Of a stretch of DNA of 64,000 bases, positions 1 through 10,745 are shown piece by piece; within the stretch, counting starts at the first letter, position 1, and the number at the start of each line of letters is the position of its first letter. The position numbers and the translations under genes are program-made. The notes beneath the pieces were generated by a model that was not told where the DNA came from, searched no databases, and worked only from the letters and a program-made list of their open reading frames with translations. Source of the stretch: an uncultured cyanobacterium (lineage in GTDB: Bacteria; Cyanobacteriota; Cyanobacteriia; Pseudanabaenales; Pseudanabaenaceae); assembly GCA_963703315.1 (NCBI GenBank), contig OY969811.1, forward strand, positions 2,752,001 to 2,816,000, read 5' to 3'.

Positions 1-2
1 AC

Positions 3-98
3 TATGTTCATGAGCTAGAAAACAAGTTTGACTTAAAGCGAGTTTCCGTGAGATTTTTGCCGAGAAAACGCGATCGCGCCGTGCCAATCATGACTTAA
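3..98 (+). CDS. 3' end of an unidentified CDS entering from the left edge (partial)
   Basis: Open frame YVHELENKFDLKRVSVRFLPRKRDRAVPIMT* ends at TAA 96-98 and is followed by two palindromes; product not identifiable. Confidence 0.4.
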   Translation, partial: YVHELENKFDLKRVSVRFLPRKRDRAVPIMT

Positions 99-113
99 AG
101 AACACACAGAATC

Positions 114-221
114 AAGAACCCGATTTTTTGTGGCGTGGCTTCGCCACAAAAAATTGGGTTCTTATCACACCCTAAACAAAAAAGTCGTGCGAAGCGCGAC
201 TTTTTTGTTTAGGGTGTGATA
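114..221. repeat. two adjacent long palindromes (REP/SDR-like, possibly also terminators)
   Basis: AAGAACCC...GGGTTCTT (114-163, core GCTTCGC) and ATCACACCCTAAACAAAAAAGTCG-TGCGAAGCG-CGACTTTTTTGTTTAGGGTGTGAT (164-220). Confidence 0.8.
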
Positions 222-298
222 TCCCCACTTCGGTTAATTTCTGTAAAGTTGACCAAGCTTGTAAAATTAGAATAGATGTAAGTAAGCAGAGCAATAAA

Positions 299-622
299 AT
301 GGCATTTTTTGATTCTGAAATTGTTCAACATGAAGCTCGTAATCTATTCCAAGATTATCAAGCTCTGACTCAGCTTGGCGGTAGTTATGGCAAGTTCGAT
401 CGCGAAGGCAAAATTCTCTTCATTGAAAAAATGGAAGAGATGATGGATCGTTATAAAATTTTTATGAAGCGCTTTGAACTTTCTGATGATTTCATGGCGC
501 AAATGACTTTGAAGCAATTGGAAAGTCAGTTAGGTAATTTTGGGATCACACCGCAGCAAATGTTTGATCAGATGAATATGACTTTAGAAAGAATGAAATC
601 TGAACTTGAACTGCATAATTAA
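299..622 (+). CDS. DUF1825-family conserved cyanobacterial protein
   Basis: MAFFDSEIVQ..YGKFDREGK..FMKRFELS..FGITPQQMF matches my recollection of the family. Confidence 0.8.
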   Translation: MAFFDSEIVQHEARNLFQDYQALTQLGGSYGKFDREGKILFIEKMEEMMDRYKIFMKRFELSDDFMAQMTLKQLESQLGNFGITPQQMFDQMNMTLERMKSELELHN

Positions 623-640
623 TTAGCTGTTAGCTATTGG

Positions 641-1363
641 CTATTGGCTTTTAAATTGGGGACGGGCAATAACGATGACACCACATACCTTAATGCTGCT
701 GGCGGTAAAAGTGGCGATCGCTTCGCGGATAGTTGCACCAGTCGTATAAATATCATCAAATAGAATCACGTCTTGATGATTAAATTGGCGATTTGATGGA
801 ACTGTAAAAGCCCTAGACAAATTCTGCTCACGCTCTTGTTTACTTTTTGTTTGCATTTGCGCCTTAGTGTCTTTAACTCTTTGCAATAATTTGGGGTGGC
901 ATGGCATAGCAGTCAAGTCACAAAATCTACGGGCGAGTATTTCTGCTTGGTTAAATCCTCGTGATTTTAATTTGTTGTCATGGAGGGGAATGGGAACTAC
1001 GGCTATTTTCTTGAAGTTGGGGATTTGCATACTTGGCGATCGCTTCCACGTGTCGGCAATTTTTTTAGCGATCGCTTCCATAATTTCAGGATGATTTTCA
1101 TATTTGCAAGCGGCAATCGCCCGTTTCAATGCGCCATCATAAATCCCCCAACTATAAAGGGGAATCTCTGGGGCAATGGGATCATCTTTTTGTAAGAATT
1201 CTGGTGATTGATAAGCAGTAATTTGGCGATCGCAATCTTTGCATAAGATTCCATCCGCAGGACGCTTACATAATGGACAATTTGCTTGCCAAAGAGAATC
1301 TTTAGCAATATTTGCGATGCGATCAATTTTCAAACTGCTACCAATCGATTTGAGCCATTCCAT
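641..1363 (-). CDS. comF: ComF-family competence protein (Zn ribbon + PRTase-like)
   Basis: CPLC/CKDC zinc ribbon, VPIPLH..RGFNQA, ILFDDIYTTGAT. Confidence 0.9.
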   Translation of the reverse strand: MEWLKSIGSSLKIDRIANIAKDSLWQANCPLCKRPADGILCKDCDRQITAYQSPEFLQKDDPIAPEIPLYSWGIYDGALKRAIAACKYENHPEIMEAIAKKIADTWKRSPSMQIPNFKKIAVVPIPLHDNKLKSRGFNQAEILARRFCDLTAMPCHPKLLQRVKDTKAQMQTKSKQEREQNLSRAFTVPSNRQFNHQDVILFDDIYTTGATIREAIATFTASSIKVCGVIVIARPQFKSQ

Positions 1364-1369
1364 AGCTGC

Positions 1370-1792
1370 TTAAATATTACTGATTGCAAAAAAATTTTCA
1401 ACAGTGACGATAGGACAAGAAAAGCTGTCTGACAGACAAAGTAAATCGCGATCGCCTGTCACCAAATAGTCGGCACGACCAACAACGGCTAAAAATAAAA
1501 AAGGTTCATCAAAAGGATCTCGACATTCAGGAATTGGTGGCAATTGAGAAGGCATCAATACAGTGTCGCAATGAGGCAAATAGTCTGACAATAAATTCTC
1601 CTGCTCAGCTTTTGTGAGTTTGAATTTGGGATAAGCCAGCACTCGAATTAGCTCAGTAATTGTTGCTTTAGACGCTAAAGGGATAAACCTATTACTCTGC
1701 CATGCTAGCCGTAGCCGTGCAGTGTTGCCACCAAAAACTAAGGCTGACAACACCAAATTAGTATCTATCACCACTCGGAAATTATCGGTCAT
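1370..1792 (-). CDS. PIN-domain toxin (VapC-like)
   Basis: RVVIDTNLVLSAL, CRDPFD, ADYLVTGDRDLL; ATG at 1792 overlaps the antitoxin stop (TAATG). Confidence 0.85.
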   Translation of the reverse strand: MTDNFRVVIDTNLVLSALVFGGNTARLRLAWQSNRFIPLASKATITELIRVLAYPKFKLTKAEQENLLSDYLPHCDTVLMPSQLPPIPECRDPFDEPFLFLAVVGRADYLVTGDRDLLCLSDSFSCPIVTVENFFAISNI

Positions 1793-2010
1793 TACTTCCT
1801 TGCCCAAGTTACGGCATCAGCAATGTCCTGTTCAGTCAAATTCAAAGCAGCTAATTTAGCCCTCACTGCATCCGTATTTTGTATTTTTACAGGTGTAAGG
1901 ATAATCTGTCCCTCCACAACCTTTACATCAAAATATTTTGTATCTCCAATTTCCTTTTTGATGCTTTTAGGAAGTGTAAGCTGATTTTTAGAGGTTAACT
2001 TAGCAAGCAT
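1792..2010 (-). CDS. AbrB/MazE-type antitoxin
   Basis: MLAKLTSKNQLTLPK swapped-hairpin start; translationally coupled upstream of the PIN gene. Confidence 0.85.
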   Translation of the reverse strand: MLAKLTSKNQLTLPKSIKKEIGDTKYFDVKVVEGQIILTPVKIQNTDAVRAKLAALNLTEQDIADAVTWARK

Positions 2011-2036
2011 AATAAACTTCCTGAATTTTTAATATG

Positions 2037-2188
2037 ATAGGACTTACGCAAACTAACCAAGAACTCAAGTTCTTGGCTGAAAGCTAAAGTCAGCTAAAGC
2101 AGACTAAAACACTCCTATGATCAACCCGTTTCAACGGGTTTAAGCTTTTAGCCCGTAATTTATTACAGGGCTGTTGCGTAAGTCCTAT
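2037..2188. mobile_element. MITE-like element, 152 bp, 15-bp terminal inverted repeats
   Basis: ATAGGACTTACGCAA (2037-2051) / TTGCGTAAGTCCTAT (2174-2188); internal hairpins CCAAGAACT..AGTTCTTGG, AACCCGTT..AACGGGTT, AGCCCGTAAT..ATTACAGGGCT; no ORF. Confidence 0.75.
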
Positions 2189-2246
2189 ATGAAATATAAG
2201 ATTTCTTTGATTTATTATACTCTCGCTACATTCTTCATGTTCATCA

Positions 2247-2289
2247 AAAACCTAAAAGAGAGTTGCGGCGCAACTCTCTTTTAGGTTTT
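2247..2289 (-). terminator. palindrome at the glmS stop (terminator / REP-like)
   Basis: AAAACCTAAAAGAGAGTTGCG-G-CGCAACTCTCTTTTAGGTTTT. Confidence 0.65.
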
Positions 2290-4171
2290 ATTCAACAGTG
2301 ACAGATTTCGCAAGATTACGAGGTTGATCGACATCTAAACCTCGATGGGCTGCCACATGATAGGACAGTAATTGCAAGGGAATCACCGTGAGAATTGGCG
2401 AGAAAATCTCATCAACTACGGGAATCGGCAGAATGTAGTCAAATACCTCATGGGCGGCGGGATCATCTAAAGGCGCAACCCCAATCAATTTTGCATCTCT
2501 AGCTTTTGCCTCTTGAGAATTAGAAAGAACCTTCTCATAGACACTACCGGGGGTAGCGATCGCCACTACAGGCACATCTTCATCCAGTAAAGCGATCGGT
2601 CCATGCTTCATCTCACCTGCGGGATAGCCTTCTGCATGAATGTAGCTAATTTCCTTGAGCTTGAGCGCACCTTCGAGGGCGATCGGGAAGTTGATGCCAC
2701 GACCTAAGAAAATAAAATCCTTAGTATGGGTAAATTGACGCGAAAGCTCCTCAATATAACGTTCTTGACTTTCGAGAATTCGTTCCATATAGGCGGGAAG
2801 TTGACGTAATCCTTCAATTAGTTCTTGGACTCTCTCTTCTGTTAATGTACCTTTATCAATACCAAATTCTAAAGCTAATAAATAGAACATTAGTAATTGA
2901 GCCACAAAGGTTTTCGTTGCGGCTACCCCAATTTCAATCCCTGCTTGAGTATCGATAACTGCATCCGAAATTCGTCCAATGGAACTTTCCACGCGATTGG
3001 TAATACCGAGACAGCGATCGCCTCTTGATTTGGCAAGTTCCAAAGCTGCCAATGTATCAGCAGTTTCACCCGATTGGGTCACGCCGATTACTAGAGTATT
3101 CTTCAAAGAAGGTGGTGGTGAATAGCGATATTCTGAAGCATACTGCACGCTAGTGGGAACGCCTGCAATCTGCTCTAGTAGATATTTCCCCACTAAAGAG
3201 GCGTGCCAACTGGTTCCACAGGCAAGAATCTCTACCCGTTCAATGGAATTGATAAATCCCGTAGGCAGCCCTAACTGAATTTGATTGGCTTCACTAATAT
3301 AACTAGCTAGCCCTGCGCGAAATACTCCTGGTTGCTCATAGATTTCCTTGAGCATATAGTGTTTGAAGCCTTGCTTCTCCACCATTGTCGGATTCCAATT
3401 CAGGGTTTGGGGCGCACGACGGAGGCGATCGCCTTTAGCATTATAAACTTGCACAGTTTCTCTAGTCAGTCTGGCAATTTCACCATTCTCTAAAGGAATC
3501 ACCGTGCGGGTATAGGCAACTAGGGCAGGGGTATCAGAAGCGCAGAAGTTTTCATCTTTGCCAATGCCAATTACGAGGGGCGCTTGCTGACGCACGACAA
3601 TCAATTCATCTGGATAGTCCGCATGAATAACAGCGATCGCATAAGCTCCTTGTAACTTGCCGACTGTTAGCCTGACTGCTTCAAATAGAACGGTCGGCGA
3701 ATTGTCGGGAATAATATTGCCTAGTTTTTCCAATTGCGTCAAAAATTCGGCAATCAGATGGGGAATGACTTCGGTATCGGTTTCACTGACAAAAACATGA
3801 CCGAGTGCTTTTAACTCAGTTCGCAGTAGATGATAGTTCTCGATGATACCATTTTGGACAACGGCAAGATTTCCCATCGTATTGGTATGGGGATGGGCAT
3901 TATGTTCTTCAGGTTTTCCATGAGTTGCCCAGCGTGTATGACCAATGCCGATCGGTGCTGCGGGAGCCGTATCGGCATTTAATTTTTCTTCAAGTTGAAT
4001 CAGCTTGCCCTTGGCTCTAACCCGATGCAAACCGCGATCGGCTGGGCGATCAAGTAAAGGAATTGTGGCAACGCCTGCTGAGTCATAGCCGCGATATTCG
4101 AGCTTGCGTAGTCCTGAAATCAAAACTTCATTTGCTGAGCGATGTCCAATATAGCCAACAATTCCACACAT
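2288..4171 (-). CDS. glmS: glutamine--fructose-6-phosphate transaminase (isomerizing)
   Basis: MCGIVG, LEYRGYDSAG, GHTRWATHG, PRNLAKSVTVE C-terminus. Confidence 0.98.
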   Translation of the reverse strand: MCGIVGYIGHRSANEVLISGLRKLEYRGYDSAGVATIPLLDRPADRGLHRVRAKGKLIQLEEKLNADTAPAAPIGIGHTRWATHGKPEEHNAHPHTNTMGNLAVVQNGIIENYHLLRTELKALGHVFVSETDTEVIPHLIAEFLTQLEKLGNIIPDNSPTVLFEAVRLTVGKLQGAYAIAVIHADYPDELIVVRQQAPLVIGIGKDENFCASDTPALVAYTRTVIPLENGEIARLTRETVQVYNAKGDRLRRAPQTLNWNPTMVEKQGFKHYMLKEIYEQPGVFRAGLASYISEANQIQLGLPTGFINSIERVEILACGTSWHASLVGKYLLEQIAGVPTSVQYASEYRYSPPPSLKNTLVIGVTQSGETADTLAALELAKSRGDRCLGITNRVESSIGRISDAVIDTQAGIEIGVAATKTFVAQLLMFYLLALEFGIDKGTLTEERVQELIEGLRQLPAYMERILESQERYIEELSRQFTHTKDFIFLGRGINFPIALEGALKLKEISYIHAEGYPAGEMKHGPIALLDEDVPVVAIATPGSVYEKVLSNSQEAKARDAKLIGVAPLDDPAAHEVFDYILPIPVVDEIFSPILTVIPLQLLSYHVAAHRGLDVDQPRNLAKSVTVE

Positions 4172-4201
4172 AATATCAAGTTCCTTAGCCAGTTTAGTTT
4201 T

Positions 4202-6247
4202 TTAATTACGAAGATCGGCGATCGCACTGAGGGCAACATTAGCGATCGCCTGATCGGTCGCCTTGGGCAAATGGTAATACTTGCCACCACCTGCGGCAGC
4301 GAGTTCCTTCGCAAAGCCCGTCGATACAAATTTATTTTCCGTATCAATTACCAACAATCCCATATTCAAGGCGCGAATCTTGCGACAAATATCGATTAAT
4401 TCACCTTTGATATCGGGCTTATTGTCAGGATCGATCGGTTCACCTTGCGATCGCGCTAATGGTACATTTCCTCGTCCATCGGTAATTGCCACAATGGTTA
4501 CAGAACCGACATCACCCGACTGTCTAGCATTCAAGCCCACCCGCACTGCCTGAGTTAACCCATGTGCCAGAGGTGAACCACCACCGCAGGGCATGGTATC
4601 CAAACGCCGCCTTGCTGCCTCAATGGAACGGGTGGGGGGCAATAATACATCCGCCTTTTCACCTCGGAAGGGAATTAGAGAAATCTGGTCACGGTTTTGA
4701 TAGCTATCGGTGAGCATCCGTAAAGCCGCACCCTTAGCTGACTGCATCCGATTTAATGCCATTGAGCCAGAAGCATCCACTAAGAAAATGGTTAATGCTC
4801 CCGCCTTACGCGCTAACTTCTTCGCTCTAACATCAGTACTCTCAACGATGACTTTGCGATGGGGTTGGCGCAATCTTCTCGCCTTTTGATAGGGAGCCGA
4901 AGCGCGGAGGGTGGCATCGACAGCAATGCGATCGCTCTTTCCTTGAGGTAAAACTGGCTTAATATAACGTCCACGTTCTTGGGAATAGATCACATTGCGT
5001 GTTCCCGATCGCCCTTGCTTTTGCATCGACTGCGCGAAAAATAGCACTTCAGGATCGAGAATTACCCCTTCAGGATCGAAGATAAACTCTTCAGGAATTT
5101 CAGGAGATTCATCTTCCTGCTCTTGATCCTGTTCCTGATCCTCTTGATTATCCTCCTGCTCCTGTTCACCATCATCATTGGGCGGCGGCGGTGGGGCTTG
5201 CTGTTGCTGCTGTTCAGGTGGTTGTTGCTGTTGTTCTGGAGAAAGAGGCGATCGCGGCACAATTACTAATTCCACCGCTTGACGCAAATCATCGGCATTA
5301 ACTTGAGTGCGACTTTCTAAAGCCGCCGCCGCCTTCGCTACGCGCACCGCAAATAACTCGGCACGATGTCCTTGCACACCACCACGTACTGCTTCCGCGA
5401 TTAAGTACTGCATCTGCGCTCTGGAAATGGTCACATCATTCAGCCATTCCCGCGCCAAAATAATTTGGGTTCGCAAATCATCGACATCGGCATCATAGCC
5501 ACGCAAAAAGGCTTCTGGAGAATTGGCATAATCCAACACCATATCCACAGCTTCCACCCGTTGATCGAGGGAGAGAACTCCATCGGCGGAGAGATTAACG
5601 GCAATCCGATCCATTAAATGCTGGCTCAGTGCGCCTTCCTCTGGATTGTAAGTGGCAATCAGTAAAGGTTGACAAGGGTGTTGATAGCTAATTCCTTCAC
5701 GTTCGACTTGGTTATAACCTGTGGAGAGAACCGAAAGCAGTAAATTAGAAATCTGTGGATCGAGTAGATTAATTTCGTCAATGTAGAGAACGCCACGATG
5801 CGCTTCTGCTAATAACCCCGGTTGAAATATAGTCTGACCTTCACGCACCGAACGGCTCACATCTACCGAACCAATTAACCGATCTTCAGTAATTCCCAAG
5901 GGAATTTGGATAAACGGCGCAGGAATGACTTTTGTTTGAACTTCACTAGGATCTTTATCCTGCATTGCCTTGACCAGCACATCGTCCCATGTGTCGGGTT
6001 TAGTCGGATCGCAATTACTTAGGGATTCGACAGCGACTTCGATCGGTGGCAGCAAAGCGTGAATACCACGCGCAAGGACGGATTTAGCTGTGCCGCGTCT
6101 ACCTGCGAGGGCAATCCCCCCGATCGCAGGATCGATCGCTGCTAGCAGTAAAGCGGTTTTAATCGCTTCTTGACCGACCACAGCCGCAAGGGGAAAGGTG
6201 ATCGGGGTGTAAGAGATGTTTGTGGTTAGGGGCAGCGAAGATACCAT
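4202..6247 (-). CDS. chlD: magnesium chelatase subunit D
   Basis: AAA domain GRRGTAKS, Pro/Gln/acidic linker, vWA domain [11 protein letters not shown]. Confidence 0.97.
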   Translation of the reverse strand: MVSSLPLTTNISYTPITFPLAAVVGQEAIKTALLLAAIDPAIGGIALAGRRGTAKSVLARGIHALLPPIEVAVESLSNCDPTKPDTWDDVLVKAMQDKDPSEVQTKVIPAPFIQIPLGITEDRLIGSVDVSRSVREGQTIFQPGLLAEAHRGVLYIDEINLLDPQISNLLLSVLSTGYNQVEREGISYQHPCQPLLIATYNPEEGALSQHLMDRIAVNLSADGVLSLDQRVEAVDMVLDYANSPEAFLRGYDADVDDLRTQIILAREWLNDVTISRAQMQYLIAEAVRGGVQGHRAELFAVRVAKAAAALESRTQVNADDLRQAVELVIVPRSPLSPEQQQQPPEQQQQQAPPPPPNDDGEQEQEDNQEDQEQDQEQEDESPEIPEEFIFDPEGVILDPEVLFFAQSMQKQGRSGTRNVIYSQERGRYIKPVLPQGKSDRIAVDATLRASAPYQKARRLRQPHRKVIVESTDVRAKKLARKAGALTIFLVDASGSMALNRMQSAKGAALRMLTDSYQNRDQISLIPFRGEKADVLLPPTRSIEAARRRLDTMPCGGGSPLAHGLTQAVRVGLNARQSGDVGSVTIVAITDGRGNVPLARSQGEPIDPDNKPDIKGELIDICRKIRALNMGLLVIDTENKFVSTGFAKELAAAGGGKYYHLPKATDQAIANVALSAIADLRN

Positions 6248-6498
6248 GCGATCGGGTTATTAGGTTGGAAAATGTAAAAATTTTAAGAAATGAAATTTTA
6301 AGCTTCGGGTTGATTATAGCGTTTACTTGATTTGCATGAGAAGAAAAGTTGACACGGAGTAGCGATCGCGCCCCTGTTGTTTAGCTTGATAGAGATCATT
6401 ATCGGTCGATATTATAGGCGAATCGCTAGGTTTATCTAAGTATTATGAGCAAATGACTAATTGACTAAACCTGTTAAGCTATGTCAATTAGAAGCTAT

Positions 6499-6588
6499 AA
6501 ATCTCCATTAAAATCTCCATTAAAATTTTAGCAGTTTAGGTATAGCGGTTTAGGTATATCGGTTTAGGTATATCGGTTTAGGTGTAGC
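6499..6588 (+). repeat. short tandem repeats upstream of the kinase gene
   Basis: AAATCTCCATTA x2 (6499-6522) and a 14-bp unit, consensus GTTTAGGTATATCG, x4 at 6534/6548/6562/6576. Confidence 0.85.
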
Positions 6589-6589
6589 A

Positions 6590-8959
6590 GTGAAAAATCA
6601 AGTATCTATCTTAGTTGTTGATGATGAAGCTGATAATTTTGATGTGATTGACAACCTACTAGGCGATCAAGACTATCAATTGCATTATGCAGCCAGTGGG
6701 GAATCCGCGATCGCTTGCCTTGACTTATTTGAACCAGATTTAATATTGCTAGATGTGATGATGCCCGCCATGGATGGCATTGAGGTTTGTAGAAGGATCA
6801 AAGCTTTGCCTGAATGGAGTTTTGTGCCGATTGTGATGGTGACGGCGCTCAATACTAAAGAAGATTTAGCTAAATGTCTGGAAGCAGGTGCTAATGACTT
6901 CATCAGCAAGCCTCTAAACTCGTTAGAATTCCGAGCTAGGGTGCGATCGATGCTCCGCATTCAAGATCAACACCAGAAACTAGAAAGAGCTTATGCCCTA
7001 ATTCACGCGCAACTAGAAGCCAGTTTAGAAGGGGTCATTGCTGCTGACGAGGAAGGTAAATTAGTCGCCTATAACCAAAAAATGTGCGAGATCTGGGGAA
7101 CTGATCCCGTTACTATCAATCCTAGTGATGAAAAATTACCACTACTGCCACTATTAGAAGAAGCCAATTTTCCGCAAGTAATCACCGAAGTTCTCGAAAA
7201 CACTTACGACTCAACCGATAAAACTACCTATGGTGAAATCGTCCATAACCATCTCACCTACGAATATTTTAGTAGCTCTGTCATGTCTCCTAGTGGCAAG
7301 TTTTTGGGGTTTGTGTGGCGATTTCGAGATGTTAGCGATCGCAAGCAATACGAAGCAACGCTAAAAGAATCGAAAGAAATAGCAGAATCTGCCTTGAAAG
7401 TTAAGTCTGATTTCTTAGCGATGATGAGTCATGAGATCCGCACTCCAATTAATGGCGTACTCGGCATGACCGAGCTACTATCCACCACCACACTCGATCT
7501 CGAACAAAGTAAATTTGTGCAGTCGATCCAAACCAGTGGCGAAATTCTATTGAAAGTAATTAACGATATTCTCGATTTTTCTAAATTAGAATCTCAAAAA
7601 TTATTATTGGAGAACTTACCAGTTGATTTGCACGACATGATCACTGATACTTGCTCACTGCTCAAAAATCAGGCTGAAGCCAAAGGAATTGAAATCAACT
7701 GCCAAATCGATGAAAAAACGCCATCCTATATTCTTGGTGATCCAATTAGGCTAAGACAAATCCTGCTTAACCTAGCTAATAATGCTGTCAAATTTACCAG
7801 TGTTGGCGCAGTCAATCTATCTGTATCACCACAGCTAGACCCACAGCTAGAGCAAGACAACAAATTATCACTACTTTTTGCAGTCAAGGATTCAGGAATT
7901 GGACTCCTCCCTGAACAGATCCAAAAGCTATTTCAATCATTTACTCAAGCCTCGATTTCCACAGCTCGTAATTATGGCGGCACAGGACTAGGCTTAGTGA
8001 TTTGTCAAAAACTAGTGCAGATGATGGGAGGAAAGATTTGGGCAGAAAGTACTTACAATCAAGGTTCTACTTTTTCGTTTGTCATCCCTGTCACCGTAAC
8101 TGACGAAGCGCCATCAACAGTTAATCCAATTATCAACAGGGATAACTCGAACTATGCCAAGTCGCCGATAAAATTAGCCGAAAAATTACCATTAAATCTA
8201 TTAATTGCCGAAGATAACGTAATTAACCAAGAGCTAATGTTGGCGATGTTTGGTAAAATGGGCTATACGCCAGTGATAGCCAATGATGGGATTGATGCTC
8301 TTAACGCCCTCAGAGCCAATAGTTTTGACATTGTATTTCTAGATGTGCAAATGCCGCGCATGAATGGACTAGAAACTGCGGGGCATATTGTAAATGAATG
8401 GGCGGAAATATCGACTAATCCTGTGCGTCCTAAGTTGATTGCCCTAACCGCTAATGCCATGCAAGGCGATCGCGAATTGTGTTTAGCCGCAGGTATGGAC
8501 GATTACATCAGTAAGCCCGTCTCCTTCGACACTTTAACCAGAATCATTGAGCGCTGGGGCAACATTGATCAGCCATCAACAGGTCAAAACATATCCGCAG
8601 ATACATCAACCATCGAATTTGACGATCAAGCCCTCTTAGAAATTGAAAATATATCGACAACCTTACCAAAACGGATGATTAATATATTTATCAATGAAGA
8701 ATGTCGATCGCTAGTCCCTAAACTGCATCAAGCAATATTAGATAACGATGCTCCGCAAGTGGAATACTTAGCACATACCTTAAAAGGTAGTAGTCGGACG
8801 CTTGGAGCTAAGGCTTTGTCAGCAACTTGTTTAGAATTGGAAATTGCAGGTAATAAAGGGCAGTTAGAAGAAGCCGATCGCCTAATGCAAAATATTGATC
8901 GCCTCTTACCCACAGTGATTACTCACCTAGAAAATTACCTTGCTAATCAAAAATCATAG
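6590..8959 (+). CDS. hybrid histidine kinase REC-PAS-HisKA-HATPase-REC-Hpt
   Basis: DVMMP receiver, MSHEIRTP H-box, GGTGLGL, DVQMP receiver, AHTLKGSS Hpt. Confidence 0.93.
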   Translation: MKNQVSILVVDDEADNFDVIDNLLGDQDYQLHYAASGESAIACLDLFEPDLILLDVMMPAMDGIEVCRRIKALPEWSFVPIVMVTALNTKEDLAKCLEAGANDFISKPLNSLEFRARVRSMLRIQDQHQKLERAYALIHAQLEASLEGVIAADEEGKLVAYNQKMCEIWGTDPVTINPSDEKLPLLPLLEEANFPQVITEVLENTYDSTDKTTYGEIVHNHLTYEYFSSSVMSPSGKFLGFVWRFRDVSDRKQYEATLKESKEIAESALKVKSDFLAMMSHEIRTPINGVLGMTELLSTTTLDLEQSKFVQSIQTSGEILLKVINDILDFSKLESQKLLLENLPVDLHDMITDTCSLLKNQAEAKGIEINCQIDEKTPSYILGDPIRLRQILLNLANNAVKFTSVGAVNLSVSPQLDPQLEQDNKLSLLFAVKDSGIGLLPEQIQKLFQSFTQASISTARNYGGTGLGLVICQKLVQMMGGKIWAESTYNQGSTFSFVIPVTVTDEAPSTVNPIINRDNSNYAKSPIKLAEKLPLNLLIAEDNVINQELMLAMFGKMGYTPVIANDGIDALNALRANSFDIVFLDVQMPRMNGLETAGHIVNEWAEISTNPVRPKLIALTANAMQGDRELCLAAGMDDYISKPVSFDTLTRIIERWGNIDQPSTGQNISADTSTIEFDDQALLEIENISTTLPKRMINIFINEECRSLVPKLHQAILDNDAPQVEYLAHTLKGSSRTLGAKALSATCLELEIAGNKGQLEEADRLMQNIDRLLPTVITHLENYLANQKS

Positions 8960-8962
8960 ACC

Positions 8963-10711
8963 ATGAATACTGCATCTATTTTAGTTGTTGACGACGAACC
9001 AAATAATTTTGACGTAATTGATATATTTCTATGCTCTGGTGAAGAATCAGATCAACAAACTGAAGATTATCAATTACATTATGCGGCTAGTGGCAAAACA
9101 GCGATCGCGTCTCTAGAAAACTGTCAGCCTGATTTGATCTTGCTAGATGTAATGATGCCCGAAATGGATGGCATTGAGACCTGTAAGAGAATTAAGATGA
9201 TGCCTAAATGGAGTGCTGTGCCAATTATCATGGTGACTGCTCTAACATCAAAAAATGATTTGGCAAAATGTCTAGAGACTGGAGCCGACGACTTTATCAG
9301 TAAACCAGTTAGCCGCTTAGAGCTAATCTCTAGAGTGCGATCGATGCTGCGGATCTACGATCAATATAAGCAATTAGCCAACTTCAACGCTAAGTTAGAA
9401 TCCATGGTGCAGCAACGCACCTCTCAATTACAAAGTATGCTCTTAGAAGATTCGCTCACCAAATTACCGAGTCGGGTTTTATTGCTGCAAGTCCTAACAG
9501 AACGCTTACAAGCAGAAAATTCATCCCTAGCCCTGATTTACCTAGACTGCGATCAGTTCAAATTGGTCAATGGCTCCTTTGGTCATGCGGTTGGCAATCA
9601 ATTACTAGTTGCGATCGCCAATCGTTTACAGCAACATCTTCGCTCTGGCGATTTACTCGCAAGAATGGGCGAAGACGAGTTTTGCTTCTTAGTTGATCAT
9701 GTTGAAAATGAATCAGACGTTACCGCATTCCGCGAAGAAATTATTAATAGCTTTTCTAAACCATTTCTAGTGTCAAATTGCGAGATCTATATCTCCGTAT
9801 GTATGGGAATTGCTCTGAGTAAAAATAGCAATTGCCAAGCCGAAGAACTTTTACAAGATGCTGATACAGCTATGTATCAAGCAAAATTGCGAGGCAAAGA
9901 TAGTCATCAAGTCTTTGATCGGCAAATGCACAATCTTATGTTAAATCGGCTGACCCTAGAAAATGATCTTACAAGGGGGCTAGAGCAGCAAGAATTTATT
10001 CTCTATTACCAACCAATCATTGATTTGGGAACCGAAAAGCTAGCAGGTTTTGAAGCATTGATCCGTTGGCAACATCCCGATCGCGGTATGGTTTCGCCCG
10101 CCGAATTTATCCCTTCAATGGAAACTACAGGATTAATTGTGCCTGTGGGTATGGTGGTGTTTCAGCAAGCCTGCGAACAATTGCGGATTTGGCAGCAACA
10201 GGGCTGGACAGACATCACCGTGAGCGTGAATCTCTCTGTGCGACAGTTCTCTTGCCCGACCTTACTCGCTGATATCGATCACATTCTTGCGGAAACTCAA
10301 GTAGATCCAACTAAGCTGAAGCTAGAAATTACCGAAAGTGCGATCATGGACAATGCCGAATCGGCGATCGCAATTACCAAAGAGTTGCGATCGCGCCAAA
10401 TCCAAATCAGCATTGATGATTTTGGGACAGGTTACTCTTCGCTCGGTTATCTCCATCGCTTTCCCGTAGACAATCTCAAAATTGATCGCTCCTTTGTCAT
10501 CCAAATCCAATCAGAGAGTCTTAACTACCATGTTATCGATACAATTATTTCTCTCAGCAATCAACTCAAATTAGATGTAATTGCAGAAGGTATTGAAACC
10601 GAAGAACAGCTTAAATGGTTACAAAAAATGGGCTGTAAATACGGACAGGGTTATCTATTCAATAAACCGCTACCGATCGCCGAAGTCGAAAGAATATACA
10701 TTAAGAAGTAA
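8963..10711 (+). CDS. REC-GGDEF-EAL protein (degenerate GEDEF; likely c-di-GMP phosphodiesterase)
   Basis: DVMMP, RMGEDEF, GFEALIRW, IDDFGTGYSSL. Confidence 0.92.
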   Translation: MNTASILVVDDEPNNFDVIDIFLCSGEESDQQTEDYQLHYAASGKTAIASLENCQPDLILLDVMMPEMDGIETCKRIKMMPKWSAVPIIMVTALTSKNDLAKCLETGADDFISKPVSRLELISRVRSMLRIYDQYKQLANFNAKLESMVQQRTSQLQSMLLEDSLTKLPSRVLLLQVLTERLQAENSSLALIYLDCDQFKLVNGSFGHAVGNQLLVAIANRLQQHLRSGDLLARMGEDEFCFLVDHVENESDVTAFREEIINSFSKPFLVSNCEIYISVCMGIALSKNSNCQAEELLQDADTAMYQAKLRGKDSHQVFDRQMHNLMLNRLTLENDLTRGLEQQEFILYYQPIIDLGTEKLAGFEALIRWQHPDRGMVSPAEFIPSMETTGLIVPVGMVVFQQACEQLRIWQQQGWTDITVSVNLSVRQFSCPTLLADIDHILAETQVDPTKLKLEITESAIMDNAESAIAITKELRSRQIQISIDDFGTGYSSLGYLHRFPVDNLKIDRSFVIQIQSESLNYHVIDTIISLSNQLKLDVIAEGIETEEQLKWLQKMGCKYGQGYLFNKPLPIAEVERIYIKK

Positions 10712-10715
10712 ATCA

Positions 10716-10739
10716 AAAGGTGTTACGAAGTAACACTTT
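10716..10739. terminator. hairpin between convergent genes
   Basis: GTGTTAC-GAA-GTAACAC with A/T flanks. Confidence 0.55.
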
Positions 10740-10745
10740 CAAGTT

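Noticed and set aside
4172..4201. glmS ribozyme
   Set aside because: Only 30 bp separate chlD and glmS, too short for the ribozyme
5100..5240. Gln/Pro/Glu low-complexity tract in chlD
   Set aside because: Normal ChlD linker between the AAA and vWA domains
6534..6588. 14-bp repeats as a mini-CRISPR
   Set aside because: Head-to-tail with no spacers
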